Positions 14,001 through 29,531 of a stretch of 64,000 bases of DNA are shown piece after piece. A program made the translations under genes and the position numbers. The notes beneath the pieces were generated by a model. That model made no database searches. It had not been told where the DNA came from and worked only from the letters and a program-made list of their open reading frames with translations. The DNA is from Eledone cirrhosa (Eukaryota). The stretch is taken from NCBI GenBank assembly GCA_964016885.1, contig OZ024754.1, positions 19,530,001 to 19,594,000 of the forward strand, read 5' to 3'. Positions within the stretch are counted from its first letter, which is position 1. The number at the start of each line of letters is the position of its first letter.

Positions 14001-15893
14001 ATGATATAGTTACTTTTGTTTCAACACAGTCTCAGATCAAGTCACTTGCCACACATGTACAACTGTGACTAAAATGATTCTTCCATGATATAGTTACTTT
14101 AGTTTCAACGCAGTCACAGATCAAGTGTCTTGCCGGACTTGTACAACAGTAGCAAAAATGACTCTTCCATGATATAGTTACTTTAGTTTCAACACAACCT
14201 CAGATCAAGTCACTTGCCAGACATCAACAACTCTGGCTAGAATGACTCTTCCATGATATAGTTACTTTAGTTTCAACACAATCTCAGATCAAGTCACTTA
14301 CCAGACATGTACAACTGTGGTTAGCATGACTCTTTAATGATATAGTTACTTTAGTTTCAACACAATCTCAGATCAAGTCACTTGCTAGACATGCGCAACT
14401 GTGGCTAAAATGACTCTTCCATGATACAGTTACTTTAGATTGAACACAGTCTTAGATCAAGTCACTGACCAGACATGTACAACTGTGGCTAAAATGACTC
14501 TTCCATGATATAGTTACTTTAGTTTCAACACAGTCTCAGATAAAGTCACTTGCCAGACATGTACAACTGTGGCTAAAATGACACTACCATGATATAGTTA
14601 CTTTAGTTTCAACACAATCTCAGATCAAGTCACTTGCCAGACATATACAACTGTAGCTAAAATGAATCTTCCATGATATAGTACTTTAGTTTCAACACAG
14701 TCTCAGATCAAGTCACTTGCCAGACATGTATAACTGTGGCTAAAATGAATCTTCCATGATATAGTTACTTTAGTTTCAACACAATCTCAGATCAAGTCAG
14801 TTGCCAGACATGTACAACTGTGTCTAAAATGTTTCTTCCATGATATAGTTACTTTAGTTTCAACACAGTCTCAGATCAATTCACTTACCAGACATGTACA
14901 GCTGTAGCTAAAATGAATCTTCCATGATATAGTACTTTAGTTTCAACACAGTCTCAGATCAAGTCACTTGCCAGACATGTACATCTGTGGTTAAAATGAC
15001 TCTTCCATGATATAGTTACTTTAGTTTCAACACAGTCTTATATCACATCACTTGCCAGACATGTAGAACTGTGACTAAAATGACTCTTCCATGATATAGT
15101 TACTTTAGTTTAAACACAGTCTCAGATCAAGTCACTTGCCAGACATGTACAACTGTGGCTAAAATGACTGTTCCATTATATAGTTACTTTAGTTTCAACA
15201 CAATCTCAGATCAAGTCACTTTCAAGGCATGTACAACTGTGGCTAAAATAACTCTTCCATGATATAGTTTCTTTAGTTTCAACACAGTCTCAGATCAAGT
15301 CACTTGCCAGACATGTACAACTCTGGCTAAAATGACTCTTCCATGATATAGTTACTTTAGTTTCAACACAGTCTCAGATAAAGTCACTTGCCAGACATGT
15401 ACAACTGTGGCTAAAATGACTGTTCCATGATATAGTTACTTTAGTTTCAACACAATCTCAGATCAAGTCACTTACCATACATGTACAACTGTGGCTAAAA
15501 TGATTCTTCCATGATATAGTTACTTTAGTTTCAACGCAGTCACAGATCAAGTGTCTTGCCAGACATGTACAACAGTAGATAAAATGACTCTTCCATGATA
15601 TAGTTACTTTAGTTTCAACACAGTCTCAGATCAAGTCACTTGCCAGACATGTGCAACTGTGGCTAAAATGATTCTGCCATGATATAGTTACTTTAGTTTC
15701 AACACAGTCTCAGATCAAGTCACTTGCCAGACATCTACAACTGGGGCTAAAATGACTCTTCAGATCAAGTGTCTCAGATCAAGTCACTTGCCAGACATGT
15801 GCAACTGTGGCTAAAATGACTCTGCCATGATATAGTTACTTTAGTTTCAACACAGTCTCAGATCAAGTCACTTGCTAGACATGTACAACTGTG
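11049..15893. repeat. Tandem duplication, period 2414 bp (29 monomer-equivalents), 2 copies
   Basis: ATGTGTAACT at 11221 and 13635; junction TTCAGATCAAGTGTCTC at 13345 and 15759. 29x84 - 20 - 2 (two TAGTACT 1-bp deletions) = 2414. Confidence 0.94.
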
Positions 15894-18800
15894 GCTAAAA
15901 TGACTCTTCCATGATATAATTACTTTAGTTTCAACACAGTCTCAGATCAAGTCACTTGCTAGACATGTACAACTGTGGCTAAAATGACTCTTCCATGATA
16001 TAGTTACTTTAGTTTCAACACAGTCTCAGATCAAGTCACTTGCCAGACATGTGCAACTGTGGCTAAAATGACTCTTCCATGATATAGTTACTTTAGTTTC
16101 AACACAGTCACAGATCAAGTCACTTACCAGACATGTACAACTGTGGCTAAAATGACTCTTCCATGATATAGTTACTTTAGTTTCAACACAGTCACAGATC
16201 AAGTCACTTACCAGGGATGTACAACTGTGGCTAAAATGACTCTTCCATGATATAGTTACTTTAGTTTCAACACAGTCTCAGATCAAGTCACTTGCCAGAC
16301 ATGTACAACTGTGACTAAAATGATTCTTCCATGATATAGTTACTTTAGTTTCAACGCAGTCACAGATCAAGTGTCTTGCCAGACATGTACAACAGTAGCT
16401 AAAATGACTCTTCCATGATGTAGTTACTTTAGTTTCAACACAGTCACAGATCAAGTCACTTACCAGGGATGTACAACTGTAGCTAAAATGACTCTTCCAT
16501 GATATAGTTACTTTAGTTTCAACACAGTCACAGATCAAGTCACTTACCAGGGATGTACAACTGTGGCTAAAATGACTCTTCCATGATATAGTTACTTTAG
16601 TTTCAACACAAACTCAGATCAAGTCACTTACCAGACATGTACAACTGTGGTTAGCATGACTCTTCAATGATATAGTTACTTTAGTTTCAACACAGTCTCA
16701 GATCAAGTCACTTGCTAGACATGTGCAACTGTGGCTAAAATGACTCTTCCATGATACAGTTACTTTAGTTTGAACACAGTCTTAGATCAAGTCACTGACC
16801 AGACATGTACAACTGTGGCTAAAATGACTCTTCCATGATATAGTTACTTTAGTTTCAACAGAGTCTCAGATAAAGTCACTTGCCAGACATGTACAACTGT
16901 GGCTAAAATGACTGTTCCATGATATAGTTTCTTTAGTTTCAACACAGTCTCAGATCAAGTCACTTGCCAGACATGTACAACTCTGGCTAAAATGACTCTT
17001 CCATGATATAGTTACTTTAGTTTCAACACAGTCTCAGATAAAGTCACTTGCCAGACATGTACAACTGTCACTAAAATGATTCTTGCATGATATAGTTACT
17101 TTAGTTTCAACGCAGTCACAGATCAAGTGTCTTGCCAGACATGTACAACAGTAGCTAAAATGACTCTTCCATGATATAGTTACTTTAGTTTCAACACAAT
17201 CTCAGATCAAGTCACTTACCAGACATGTACAACTGTGGCTAGAATGACTCTTCCATGATATAGTTACTTTAGTTTCAACACATTCACAGATCAAGTCACT
17301 TGCCAGACATGTACAACTGTGGCTAAAATGACTATCCATGATATAGTTACTTCAGTTTCAACACAGTCACAGATCAAGACACTTGCCAGACATGTAAAAC
17401 TGTAGCTAACATGACTCTTCCATGATATAGTTACTTTAGTTTCAACACAGTCTCAGATTAAGTCACTTGTCAGACATGTACAACTGTGACTAAATTGATT
17501 CTTCCATGATATAGTTACTTTAGTTTCAACACAATCTCAGATCAAGTCACTTGCCTGACATCAACAACTGTGGCTAAAATGACTCTTCCATGATATAGTT
17601 ACTTTAGTTTCAACACAGTCTCAGATCAAGTCACTTGACCGGACATGTACAACTGTGGCTAAAATGACTCTTCCATGTTATAGTTACTTTAGTTTCAACA
17701 CAATCTCAAATCAAGTCACTTACCATACATGTACAACTGTGGCTACAATGACTCTTCCATGATATAGTTACTTTAGTTTCAACACAGTCTCAGATCAAGT
17801 CACTTGCCAGACATGTACAACTGTGACTAAAATGATTCTTCCATGATATAGTTACTTTAGTTTCAACGCAGTCACAGATCATGTGTCTTGCCAGACATGT
17901 ACAACAGTAGCTAAAATGACTCTTCCATGATATAGTTACTTTAGTTTCAACACAACCTCAGATCAAGTCACTTGCCAAACATCTACAACTCTGGCTAGAA
18001 TGACTCATCAATGATATAGTTACTTTAGTTTAAACACAATCTCAGATCAAGTCACTTGCCAGACATCTACAACTGGGGCTAAAATGACTCTTCCATGACA
18101 TAGTTACTTTAGTTTCAACACAATCTCAGATCAAGTCACTTACCAGACATGTACAACTGTGGCTAGAATGACTCTTCCATGATATAGTTACTTTAGTTTC
18201 AACACAATCTCAGATCAAGTCACTTGCCAGACATGTACAACTGTGGCTGAAATCACTCTTCCATGATATAGTTACTTTAGTTTGAACACAGTCTTAGATC
18301 TAGTCACTTGCCAGACATGTACAACTGTGGCTAAAATAACTCTTCCATGATATAGTTACTTTAGTTTCAACACATTCACAGCTCAAGTCACTTGCCAGAC
18401 ATGTACAACTGTGGCTAAAATGACTATCCATGATAGAGTTACTTCAGTTTCAACACAGTCACAGATCAAGACACTTACCAGACATGTAAAACTGTAGCTA
18501 ACATGACTCTTACATGATATAGTTACTTTAGTTTCAACACAGTCTCAGATTAAGTCACTTGTCGGACATGTACAACTGTGGCTAAAATAACTCTTCAATG
18601 ATATAGTTACTTTAGTTTCAACACAATCTCAGATCAAGTCTCTTGCTAGACATGTGCAACTGTGGCTAAAATGACTCTTCCATGATACAGTTACTTTAGT
18701 TTGAACACAGTCTTATATCAAGTCACTGACCAGACATGTACAACAGTGGCTAGAATGACTCTTCAATGATATAGTTACTTTAGTTTCAACACAATATCAG

Positions 18801-20869
18801 ATCAAGTCACTTGCCAGACATGTACAACTGTGGCTGAAATGACTCTTCCATGATATAGTTACTTTAGTTTGAACACAGTCTTAGATCAAGTCACTTGCCA
18901 GACATGTACAACTGTGGCTAAAATAACTCTTCCATGATATAGTTACTTTAGTCTCAACACAGTCTCAGATAAACTCACTTGCCAGACATGTACAACTGTG
19001 GCTAAAATGACTGTTCCATGATATAGTTACTTTAGTTTCAACACAGTCTCAGATCAAGTCACTTGCCAGACATGTACAACTGTGACTAAATTGATTCTTC
19101 CATGATATAGTTACTTTAGTTTCAACACAGTCTCAGATCAAGTCACTTGCTAGACATGTGCAACTGTGGCTAAAATGAGTCTTCCATGATACAGTTACTT
19201 TAGTTTGAACACAGTCTTAGATCAAGTCACTGACCAGACATGTACAACTGTGGGTAAAATGACTCTTCCATGATATAGTTACTTTAGTTTCAACACATTC
19301 ACAGATCAAGTCACTTGCCAGACATGTACAACTGTATCTAACATGACTCTTCCATGATATAGTTACTTCAGTTTCAACACAGTCTCAGATTAAGTCACTT
19401 GTCAGACATGTACAACTGTGGCTAAAATGACTCTTCCATGATATAGTTACTTTAGTTTGAACACAGTCTTAGATCAAGTCACTTGCCAGACATGTACAAC
19501 TGTGGCTAAAATAACTCTTCAATGATATAGTTACTTTAGTTTCAACACAATCTCAGATCAAGTCTCTTGCTAGACATGTGCAACTGTGGCTAAAATGACT
19601 CTTCCATGATACAGTTACTTTAGTTTGAACACAGTCTTATATCAAGTCACTGACCAGACATGTACAACTGTGGGTAAAATGACTCTTCCATGATATAGTT
19701 ACTTTAGTTTCAACACAGTCTCAGATAAAGTCACTTGCCAGACATGTACAACTGTGACTAAATTGATTCTTCCATGATATAGTTACTTTAGTTTCAACAC
19801 AATCTCAGATCAAGTCACTTGCCTGACATCAACAACTGTGGCTAAAATGACTCTTCCATGATATAGTTACTTTAGTTTCAACACAGTCTCAGATCAAGTC
19901 ACTTGCCAGACATGTACAACTGTGGCTAAAATGACTCTTCCATGTTATAGTTACTTTAGTTTCAACACAATCTCAGATCAAGTCACTTACCATACATGTA
20001 CAACTGTGGCTACAATGACTCTTCCATGATATAGTTACTTTAGTTTCAACACAGTCTCAGATCATGTCACTTGCCAGACATGTACAACTGTGACTAAAAT
20101 GATTCTTCCATGATATAGTTACTTTAGTTTCAACGCAGTCACAGATCATGTGTCTTGCCAGACATGTACAACAGTAGCTAAAATGACTCTTCCATGATAT
20201 AGTTACTTTAGTTTCAACACAACCTCAGATCAAGTCACTTGCCAAACATCTACAACTCTGGCTAGAATGACTCATCAATGATATAGTTACTTTAGTTTAA
20301 ACACAATCTCAGATCAAGTCACTTGCCAGACATCTACAACTGGGGCTAAAATGACTCTTCCATGACATAGTTACTTTAGTTTCAACAAAATCTCAGATCA
20401 AGTCACTTACCAGACATGTACAACTGTGGCTAGAATGACTCTTCAATGATATAGTTACTTTAGTTTCAACACAATCTCAGATCAAGTCACTTGCCAGACA
20501 TGTACAACTGTGGCTAAAATGACTCTTCCATGTTATAGTTACTTTAGTTTCAACACAATCTCAGATCAAGTCACTTACCATACATGTACAACTGTGGCTA
20601 GAATGACTCTTCCATGATATAGTTACTTTAGTTTCAACACAGTCTCAGATCAAGTCACTTGCCAGACATGTACAACTGTGACTAAAATGATTCTTCCATG
20701 ATATAGTTACTTTAGTTTCAACGCAGTGACAGATCATGTGTCTTGCCAGACATGTACAACAGTAGCTAAAATGACTCTTCCATGATATAGCTACTTTAGT
20801 TTCAACACAACCTCAGATCAAGTCACCCTCCAGACATCTACAACTCTGGCTAGAATGACTCATCAATGA

Positions 20870-23800
20870 TATAGTTACTTTAGTTTCAACACAATCTCAG
20901 ATCAAGTCACTTACCAGACATGTACAACTGTGGCTAGAATGACTCTTCAATGATATAGTTACTTTAGTTTCAACACAATATCAGATCAAGTCACTTGCCA
21001 GACATGTACAACTGTGGCTGAAATGACTCTTCCATGATATTGTTACTTTAGTTTGAACACAGTCTTAGATCAAGTCACTTGCCAGACATGTACAACTGTG
21101 GCTAAAATAACTCTTCCATGATATAGTTACTTTAGTTTCAACACAGTCTCAGATAAACTCACTTGCCAGACATGTACAACTGTGGCTAAAATGACTGTTC
21201 CATGATATAGTTCCTTTAGTTTCAACACAGTCTCAGATCAAGTCACTTGCCAGACATGTACAACTGTGACTAAATTGATTCTTCCATGATATAGTTACTT
21301 TAGTTTCAACACAGTCTCAGATCAAGTCACTTGCCAGACATCTACAACTGTGGCTAAAATGACTCTTCCATGATATAGTTACTTTAGTTTCAACACAGTC
21401 TCAGATCATGTCACTTGCCAGACATGTACAACTGTGGCTAAAATGACTCTTCCATGATATAGTTACTTTAGTTTAAACACAATCTCAGATCAAGTCACTT
21501 ACCAGACATGTACAGCTGTGGCTAGAATGACTCTTCAATGATATAATTACTTTAGTTTCAACACAATCTCAGATCAAGTCACTTGCTAGACATGTGCAAC
21601 TGTGGCTAAAATGAGTCTTCCATGATACAGTTACTTTAGTTTGAACACAGTCTTAGATCAAGTCACTGACCAGACATGTACAACTGTGGCTAAAATGACT
21701 CTTCCATGATATAGTTACTTTAGTTTCAACACAGTCTCAGATTAAGTCACTTGTCAGACATGTACAACTGTGGCTAAAATGACTCTTCCATGATATAGTT
21801 ACTTTAGTTTGAACACAGTCTTAGATCAAGTCACTTGCCAGACATGTACAACTGTGGCTAAAATAACTCTTCAATGATATAGTTACTTTAGTTTCAACAC
21901 AATCTCAGATCAAGTCTCTTGCTAGACATGTGCAACTGTGGCTAAAATGACTCTTCCATGATACAGTTACTTTAGTTTGAACACAGTCTTATATCAAGTC
22001 ACTGACCAGACATGCACAACTGTGGCTAAAATGACTCTTCCATGATATAGTTACTTTAGTTTCAACACAGTCTCAGATAAAGTCACTTGCCAGACATGTA
22101 CAACTGTGGCTAAATGACTATCCATGATATAGTTACTTCAGTTTCAACACAGTCACAGATCAAGACACTTACCAGACATGTAAAACTGTAGCTAACATGA
22201 CTCTTACATGATATAGTTACTTTAGTTTCAACACAGTCTCAGATTAAGTCACTTGTCAGACATGTACAACTGTGGCTAAAATGACTCTTCCATGATATTG
22301 TTACTTTAGTTTGAACACAGTCTTAGATCAAGTCACTTGCCAGACATTTACAACTGTGGCTAAAATAACTCTTCAATGATATAGTTACTTTAGTTTCAAC
22401 ACAATCTCAGATCAAGTCTCTTGCTAGACATGTGCAACTGTGGCTAAAATGACTCTTCCATGATATAGTTACTTTAGTTTCAACACAGACTCAGATCAAG
22501 TCACTTGCCAGACATGTACAACTGTGGCTAAAATGACTCTTCCATGTTATAGTTACTTTAGTTTCAACACAATCTCAGATCAAGTCACTTACCATACATG
22601 TACAACTGTGGCTAGAATGACTCTTCCATGATATAGTTACTTTAGTTTCAACACAGTCTCAGATCAAGTCACTTGCCAGACATGTACAACTGTGACTAAA
22701 ATGATTCTTCCATGATATAGTTACTTTAGTTTCAACGCAGTCACAGATCATGTGTCATGCCAGACATGTACAACAGTAGCTACAATGACTCTTCCATGAT
22801 ATAGTTACTTTAGTTTCAACACAACCTCAGATCAAGTCACCCTCCAGACATCTACAACTCTGGCTAGAATGACTCATCAATGATATAGTTACTTTAGTTT
22901 CAACACAATCTCAGATCAAGTCACTTACCAGACATGTACAACTGTGGCTAGAATGACTCTTCAATGATATAGTTACTTTAGTTTCAACACAATATCAGAT
23001 CAAGTCACTTGCCAGACATGTACAACTGTGGCTGAAATGACTCTTCCATGATATAGTTACTTTAGTTTGAACACAGTCTCAGATCAAGTCACTTGCCAGA
23101 CATGTACAACTGTGGCTAAAATAACTCTTCCATGATATAGTTACTTTAGTTTCAACACAGTCTCAGATAAACTCACTTGCCAGACATGTACAACTGTGGC
23201 TAAAATGACTGTTCCATGATATAGTTACTTTAGTTTCAACACAGTCTCAGATCAAGTCACTTGCCAGACATGTACAACTGTGACTAAATTGATTCTTCCA
23301 TGATATAGTTACTTTAGTTTCAACACAGTCTCAGATCAAGTCACTTGCCAGACATCTACAACTGTGGCTAAAATGACTCTTCCATGATATAGTTACTTTA
23401 GTTTCAACACAATCTCAGATCAAGTCACTTACCAGACATGTACAACTGTGGCTAGAATGACTCTTCAATGATATAGTTACTTTAGTTTCAACACAATATC
23501 AGATCAAGTCACTTGCCAGACATGTACAACTGTGGCTGAAATGACTCTTCCATGATATTGTTACTTTAGTTTGAACACAGTCTTAGATCAAGTCACTTGC
23601 CAGACATGTACAACTGTGGCTAAAATAACTCTTCCATGATATAGTTACTTTAGTTTCAACACAGTCTCAGATAAACTCACTTGCCAGACATGTACAACTG
23701 TGGCTAAAGTGACTGTTCCATGATATAGTTACTTTAGTTTCAACACAGTCTCAGATCAAGTCACTTGCCAGACATGTACAACTGTGACTAAATTGATTCT

Positions 23801-25928
23801 TCCATGATATAGTTACTTTAGTTTCAACACAGTCTCAGATCAAGTCACTTGCCAGACATCTACAACTGTGGCTAAAATGACTCTTCCATGATATAGTTAC
23901 TTTAGTTTCAACACAGTCTCAGATCATGTCACTTGCCAGACATGTACAACTGTGGCTAAAATGACTCTTCCATGATATAGTTACTTTAGTTTAAACACAA
24001 TCTCAGATCAAGTCACTTACCAGACATGTACAGCTGTGGCTAGAATGACTCTTCAATGATATAATTACTTTAGTTTCAACACAATCTCAGATCAAGTCAC
24101 TTGCTAGACATGTGCAACTGTGGCTAAAATGAGTCTTCCATGATACAGTTACTTTAGTTTGAACACAGTCTTAGATCAAGTCACTGACCAGACATGTACA
24201 ACTGTGGCTAAAATGACTCTTCCATGATATAGTTACTTTAGTTTCAACACAGTCTCAGATTAAGTCACTTGTCAGACATGTACAACTGTGGCTAAAATGA
24301 CTCTTCCATGATATAGTTACTTTAGTTTGAACACAGTCTTAGATCAAGTCACTTGCCAGACATGTACAACTGTGGCTAAAATAACTCTTCAATGATATAG
24401 TTACTTTAGTTTCAACACAATCTCAGATCAAGTCTCTTGCTAGACATGTGCAACTGTGGCTAAAATGACTCTTCCATGATACAGTTACTTTAGTTTGAAC
24501 ACAGTCTTATATCAAGTCACTGACCAGACATGCACAACTGTGGCTAAAATGACTCTTCCATGATATAGTTACTTTAGTTTCAACACAGTCTCAGATAAAG
24601 TCACTTGCCAGACATGTACAACTGTGGCTAAATGACTATCCATGATATAGTTACTTCAGTTTCAACACAGTCACAGATCAAGACACTTACCAGACATGTA
24701 AAACTGTAGCTAACATGACTCTTACATGATATAGTTACTTTAGTTTCAACACAGTCTCAGATTAAGTCACTTGTCAGACATGTGCAACTGTGGCTAAAAT
24801 GACTCTTCCATGATATAGTTACTTTAGTTTGAACACAGTCTTAGATCAAGTCACTTGCCAGACATTTACAACTGTGGCTAAAATAACTCTTCAATGATAT
24901 AGTTACTTTAGTTTCAACACAATCTCAGATCAAGTCTCTTGCTAGACATGTGCAACTGTGGCTAAAATGACTCTTCCATGATATAGTTACTTTAGTTTCA
25001 ACACAGACTCAGATCAAGTCACTTGCCAGACATGTACAACTGTGGCTAAAATGACTCTTCCATGTTATAGTTACTTTAGTTTCAACACAATCTCAGATCA
25101 AGTCACTTACCATACATGTACAACTGTGGCTAGAATGACTCTTCCATGATATAGTTACTTTAGTTTCAACACAGTCTCAGATCAAGTCACTTGCCAGACA
25201 TGTACAACTGTGACTAAAATGATTCTTCCATGATATAGTTACTTTAGTTTCAACGCAGTCACAGATCATGTGTCTTGCCAGACATGTACAACAGTAGCTA
25301 CAATGACTCTTCCATGATATAGTTACTTTAGTTTCAACACAACCTCAGATCAAGTCACCCTCCAGACATCTACAACTCTGGCTAGAATGACTCATCAATG
25401 ATATAGTTACTTTAGTTTCAACACAATCTCAGATCAAGTCACTTACCAGACATGTACAACTGTGGCTAGAATGACTCTTCAATGATATAGTTACTTTAGT
25501 TTCAACACAATATCAGATCAAGTCACTTGCCAGACATGTACAACTGTGGCTGAAATGACTCTTCCATGATATAGTTACTTTAGTTTGAACACAGTCTTAG
25601 ATCAAGTCACTTGCCAGACATGTACAACTGTGGCTAAAATAGCTCTTCCATGATATAGTTACTTTAGTTTCAACACAGTCTCAGATAAACTCACTTGCCA
25701 GACATGTACAACTGTGGCTAAAATGACTGTTCCATGATATAGTTACTTTAGTTTCAACACAGTCTCAGATCAAGTCACTTGCCAGACATGTACAACTGTG
25801 ACTAAATTGATTCTTCCATGATATAGTTACTTTAGTTTCAACACAGTCTCAGATCAAGTCACTTGCCAGACATCTACAACTGTGGCTAAAATGACTCTTC
25901 CATGATATAGTTACTTTAGTTTCAACAC
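20870..25928. repeat. Tandem duplication, period 2518 bp (30 monomers), 2 copies
   Basis: CATGCACAAC at 22011 and 24529; the GATATTGTTAC variant at ~21036 and ~23554. 30x84 - 2 (one 82-bp monomer, TAAATGACTATCC) = 2518. Confidence 0.9.
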
Positions 25929-28900
25929 AGTCTCAGATCAAGTCACTTGCCAGACATGTACAACTGTGGCTAAAATGACTCTTCCATGATATAGTTACTT
26001 TAGTTTCAACACAGTCTCAAATTAAGTCACTTGCCAGATATGTACAACTGTGACTAAATTGATTCTTCCATGATATAGTTACTTTAGTTTCAACACAATC
26101 TCAGATCAAGTCACTTGCCTGACATCAACAACTGTGGCTAAAATGACTCTTCCATGATATAGTTACTTTAGTTTCAACACAGTTTCAGATCAAGTCACTT
26201 GCCAGACATGTACAACTGTGGCTAAAATGACTCTTCCATGTTATAGTTACTTTAGTTTCAACACAATCTCAGATCAAGTCACTTACCATACATGTACAAC
26301 TGTGACTACAATGACTCTTCCATGATATAGTTACTTTAGTTTCAACACAGTCTCAGATCAAGTCACTTGCCAGACATGTACAACTGTGACTAAAATGATT
26401 CTTCCATGATATAGTTACTTTAGTTTCAACGCAGTCACAGATCATGTGTCTTGCCAAACATGTACAACAGTAGCTAAAATGACTCTTCCATGATATAGTT
26501 ACTTTAGTTTCAACACATTCACAGATCAAGTCACTTGCCAGACATGTACAACTGTGGCTAGAATGACTCATCAATGATATAGTTACTTTAGTTTCAACAC
26601 AATCTCAGATCACGTCACTTGCCAGACATGTACAACTGTGGCTGAAATGACTCTTCCATGATATAGTTACTTTAGTTTCAACACAGTCTCAGATTAAGTC
26701 ACTTGTCAGACATGTACAACTGTGGCTAAAATGACTCTTCCATGATATAGTTACTTTAGTTTAAACACAATCTCAGATCAAGTCACTTACCAGACATGTA
26801 CAGCTGTGGCTAGAATGACTCTTCAATGATATAATTACTTTAGTTTCAACACAATCTCAGATCAAGTCACTTGCTAGACATGTGCAACTGTGGCTAAAAT
26901 GAGTCTTCCATGATACAGTTACTTTAGTTTGAACACAGTCTTAGATCAAGTCACTGACCAGACATGTACAACTGTGGCTAAAATGACTCTTCCATGATAT
27001 AGTTACTTTAGTTTCAACACAGTCTCAGATTAAGTCACTTGTCAGACATGTACAACTGTGGCTAAAATGACTCTTCCATGATATAGTTACTTTAGTTTGA
27101 ACACAGTCTTAGATCAAGTCACTTGCCAGACATGTACAACTGTGGCTAAAATAACTCTTCAATGATATAGTTACTTTAGTTTCAACACAATCTCAGATCA
27201 AGTCTCTTGCTAGACATGTGCAACTGTGGCTAAAATGACTCTTCCATGATACAGTTACTTTAGTTTGAACACAGTCTTATATCAAGTCACTGACCAGACA
27301 TGCACAACTGTGGCTAAAATGACTCTTCCATGATATAGTTACTTTAGTTTCAACACAGTCTCAGATAAAGTCACTTGCCAGACATGTACAACTGTGGCTA
27401 AATGACTATCCATGATATAGTTACTTCAGTTTCAACACAGTCACAGATCAAGACACTTACCAGACATGTAAAACTGTAGCTAACATGACTCTTACATGAT
27501 ATAGTTACTTTAGTTTCAACACAGTCTCAGATTAAGTCACTTGTCAGACATGTGCAACTGTGGCTAAAATGACTCTTCCATGATATAGTTACTTTAGTTT
27601 GAACACAGTCTTAGATCAAGTCACTTGCCAGACATTTACAACTGTGGCTAAAATAACTCTTCAATGATATAGTTACTTTAGTTTCAACAAAATCTCAGAT
27701 CAAGTCTCTTGCTAGACATGTGCAACTGTGGCTAAAATGACTCTTCCATGATATAGTTACTTTAGTTTCAACACAGACTCAGATCAAGTCACTTGCCAGA
27801 CATGTACAACTGTGGCTAAAATGACTCTTCCATGTTATAGTTACTTTAGTTTCAACACAATCTCAGATCAAGTCACTTACCATACATGTACAACTGTGGC
27901 TAGAATGACTCTTCCATGATATAGTTACTTTAGTTTCAACACAGTCTCAGATCAAGTCACTTGCCAGACATGTACAACTGTGACTAAAATGATTCTTCCA
28001 TGATATAGTTACTTTAGTTTCAACGCAGTCACAGATCATGTGTCTTGCCAGACATGTACAACAGTAGCTACAATGACTCTTCCATGATATAGTTACTTTA
28101 GTTTCAACACAACCTCAGATCAAGTCACCCTCCAGACATCTACAACTCTGGCTAGAATGACTCATCAATGATATAGTTACTTTAGTTTCAACACAATCTC
28201 AGATCAAGTCACTTACCAGACATGTACAACTGTGGCTAGAATGACTCTTCAATGATATAGTTACTTTAGTTTCAACACAATATCAGATCAAGTCACTTGC
28301 CAGACATGTACAACTGTGGCTGAAATGACTCTTCCATGATATAGTTACTTTAGTTTGAACACAGTCTTAGATCAAGTCACTTGCCAGACATGTACAACTG
28401 TGGCTAAAATAGCTCTTCCATGATATAGTTACTTTAGTTTCAACACAGTCTCAGATAAACTCACTTGCCAGACATGTACAACTGTGGCTAAAATGACTGT
28501 TCCATGATATAGTTACTTTAGTTTCAACACAGTCTCAGATCAAGTCACTTGCCAGACATGTACAACTGTGACTAAATTGATTCTTCCATGATATAGTTAC
28601 TTTAGTTTCAACACAGTCTCAGATCAAGTCACTTGCCAGACATCTACAACTGTGGCTAAAATGACTCTTCCATGATATAGTTACTTTAGTTTCAACACAG
28701 TCTCAGATCAAGTCACTTGCCAGACATGTACAACTGTGGCTAAAATGACTCTTCCATGATATAGTTACTTTAGTTTCAACACAGTCTCAGATTAAGTCAC
28801 TTGCCAGATATGTACAACTGTGACTAAATTGATTCTTCCATGATATAGTTACTTTAGTTTCAACACAATCTCAGATCAAGTCACTTGCCTGACATCAACA

Positions 28901-29531
28901 ACTGTGGCTAAAATGACTCTTCCATGATATAGTTACTTTAGTTTCAACACAGTCTCAGATCAAGTCACTTGCCAGACATGTACAACTGTGGCTAAAATGA
29001 CTCTTCCATGTTATAGTTACTTTAGTTTCAACACAATCTCAGATCAAGTCACTTACCATACATGTACAACTGTGACTACAATGACTCTTCCATGATATAG
29101 TTACTTTAGTTTCAACACAGTCTCAGATCAAGTCACTTGCCAGACATGTACAACTGTGACTAAAATGATTCTTCCATGATATAGTTACTTTAGTTTCAAC
29201 GCAGTCACAGATCATGTGTCTTGCCAAACATGTACAACAGTAGCTAAAATGACTCTTCCATGATATAGTTACTTTAGTTTCAACACATTCACAGATCAAG
29301 TCACTTGCCAGACATGTACAACTGTGGCTAGAATGACTCATCAATGATATAGTTACTTTAGTTTCAACACAATCTCAGATCACGTCACTTGCCAGACATG
29401 TACAACTGTGGCTGAAATGACTCTTCCATGATATAGTTACTTTAGTTTCAACACAGTCTCAGATTAAGTCACTTGTCAGACATGTACAACTGTGGCTAAA
29501 ATGACTCTTCCATGATATAGTTACTTTAGTT
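23937..29531. repeat. Tandem duplication, period 2770 bp (33 monomers), 2 copies, overlapping the 30-mer duplication
   Basis: CATGCACAAC at 24529 and 27299; identical ORF-track entries at 26353 and 29123 (difference 2770 = 33x84 - 2). Confidence 0.93.

Noticed and set aside
17480-20450. 27-monomer (2267-2268 bp) HOR suggested by GCCAAACATC at 17974 and 20241
   Set aside because: The match spans only about 700 bp (cassette A and neighbours) rather than a full period, so it is not listed as a tandem duplication.
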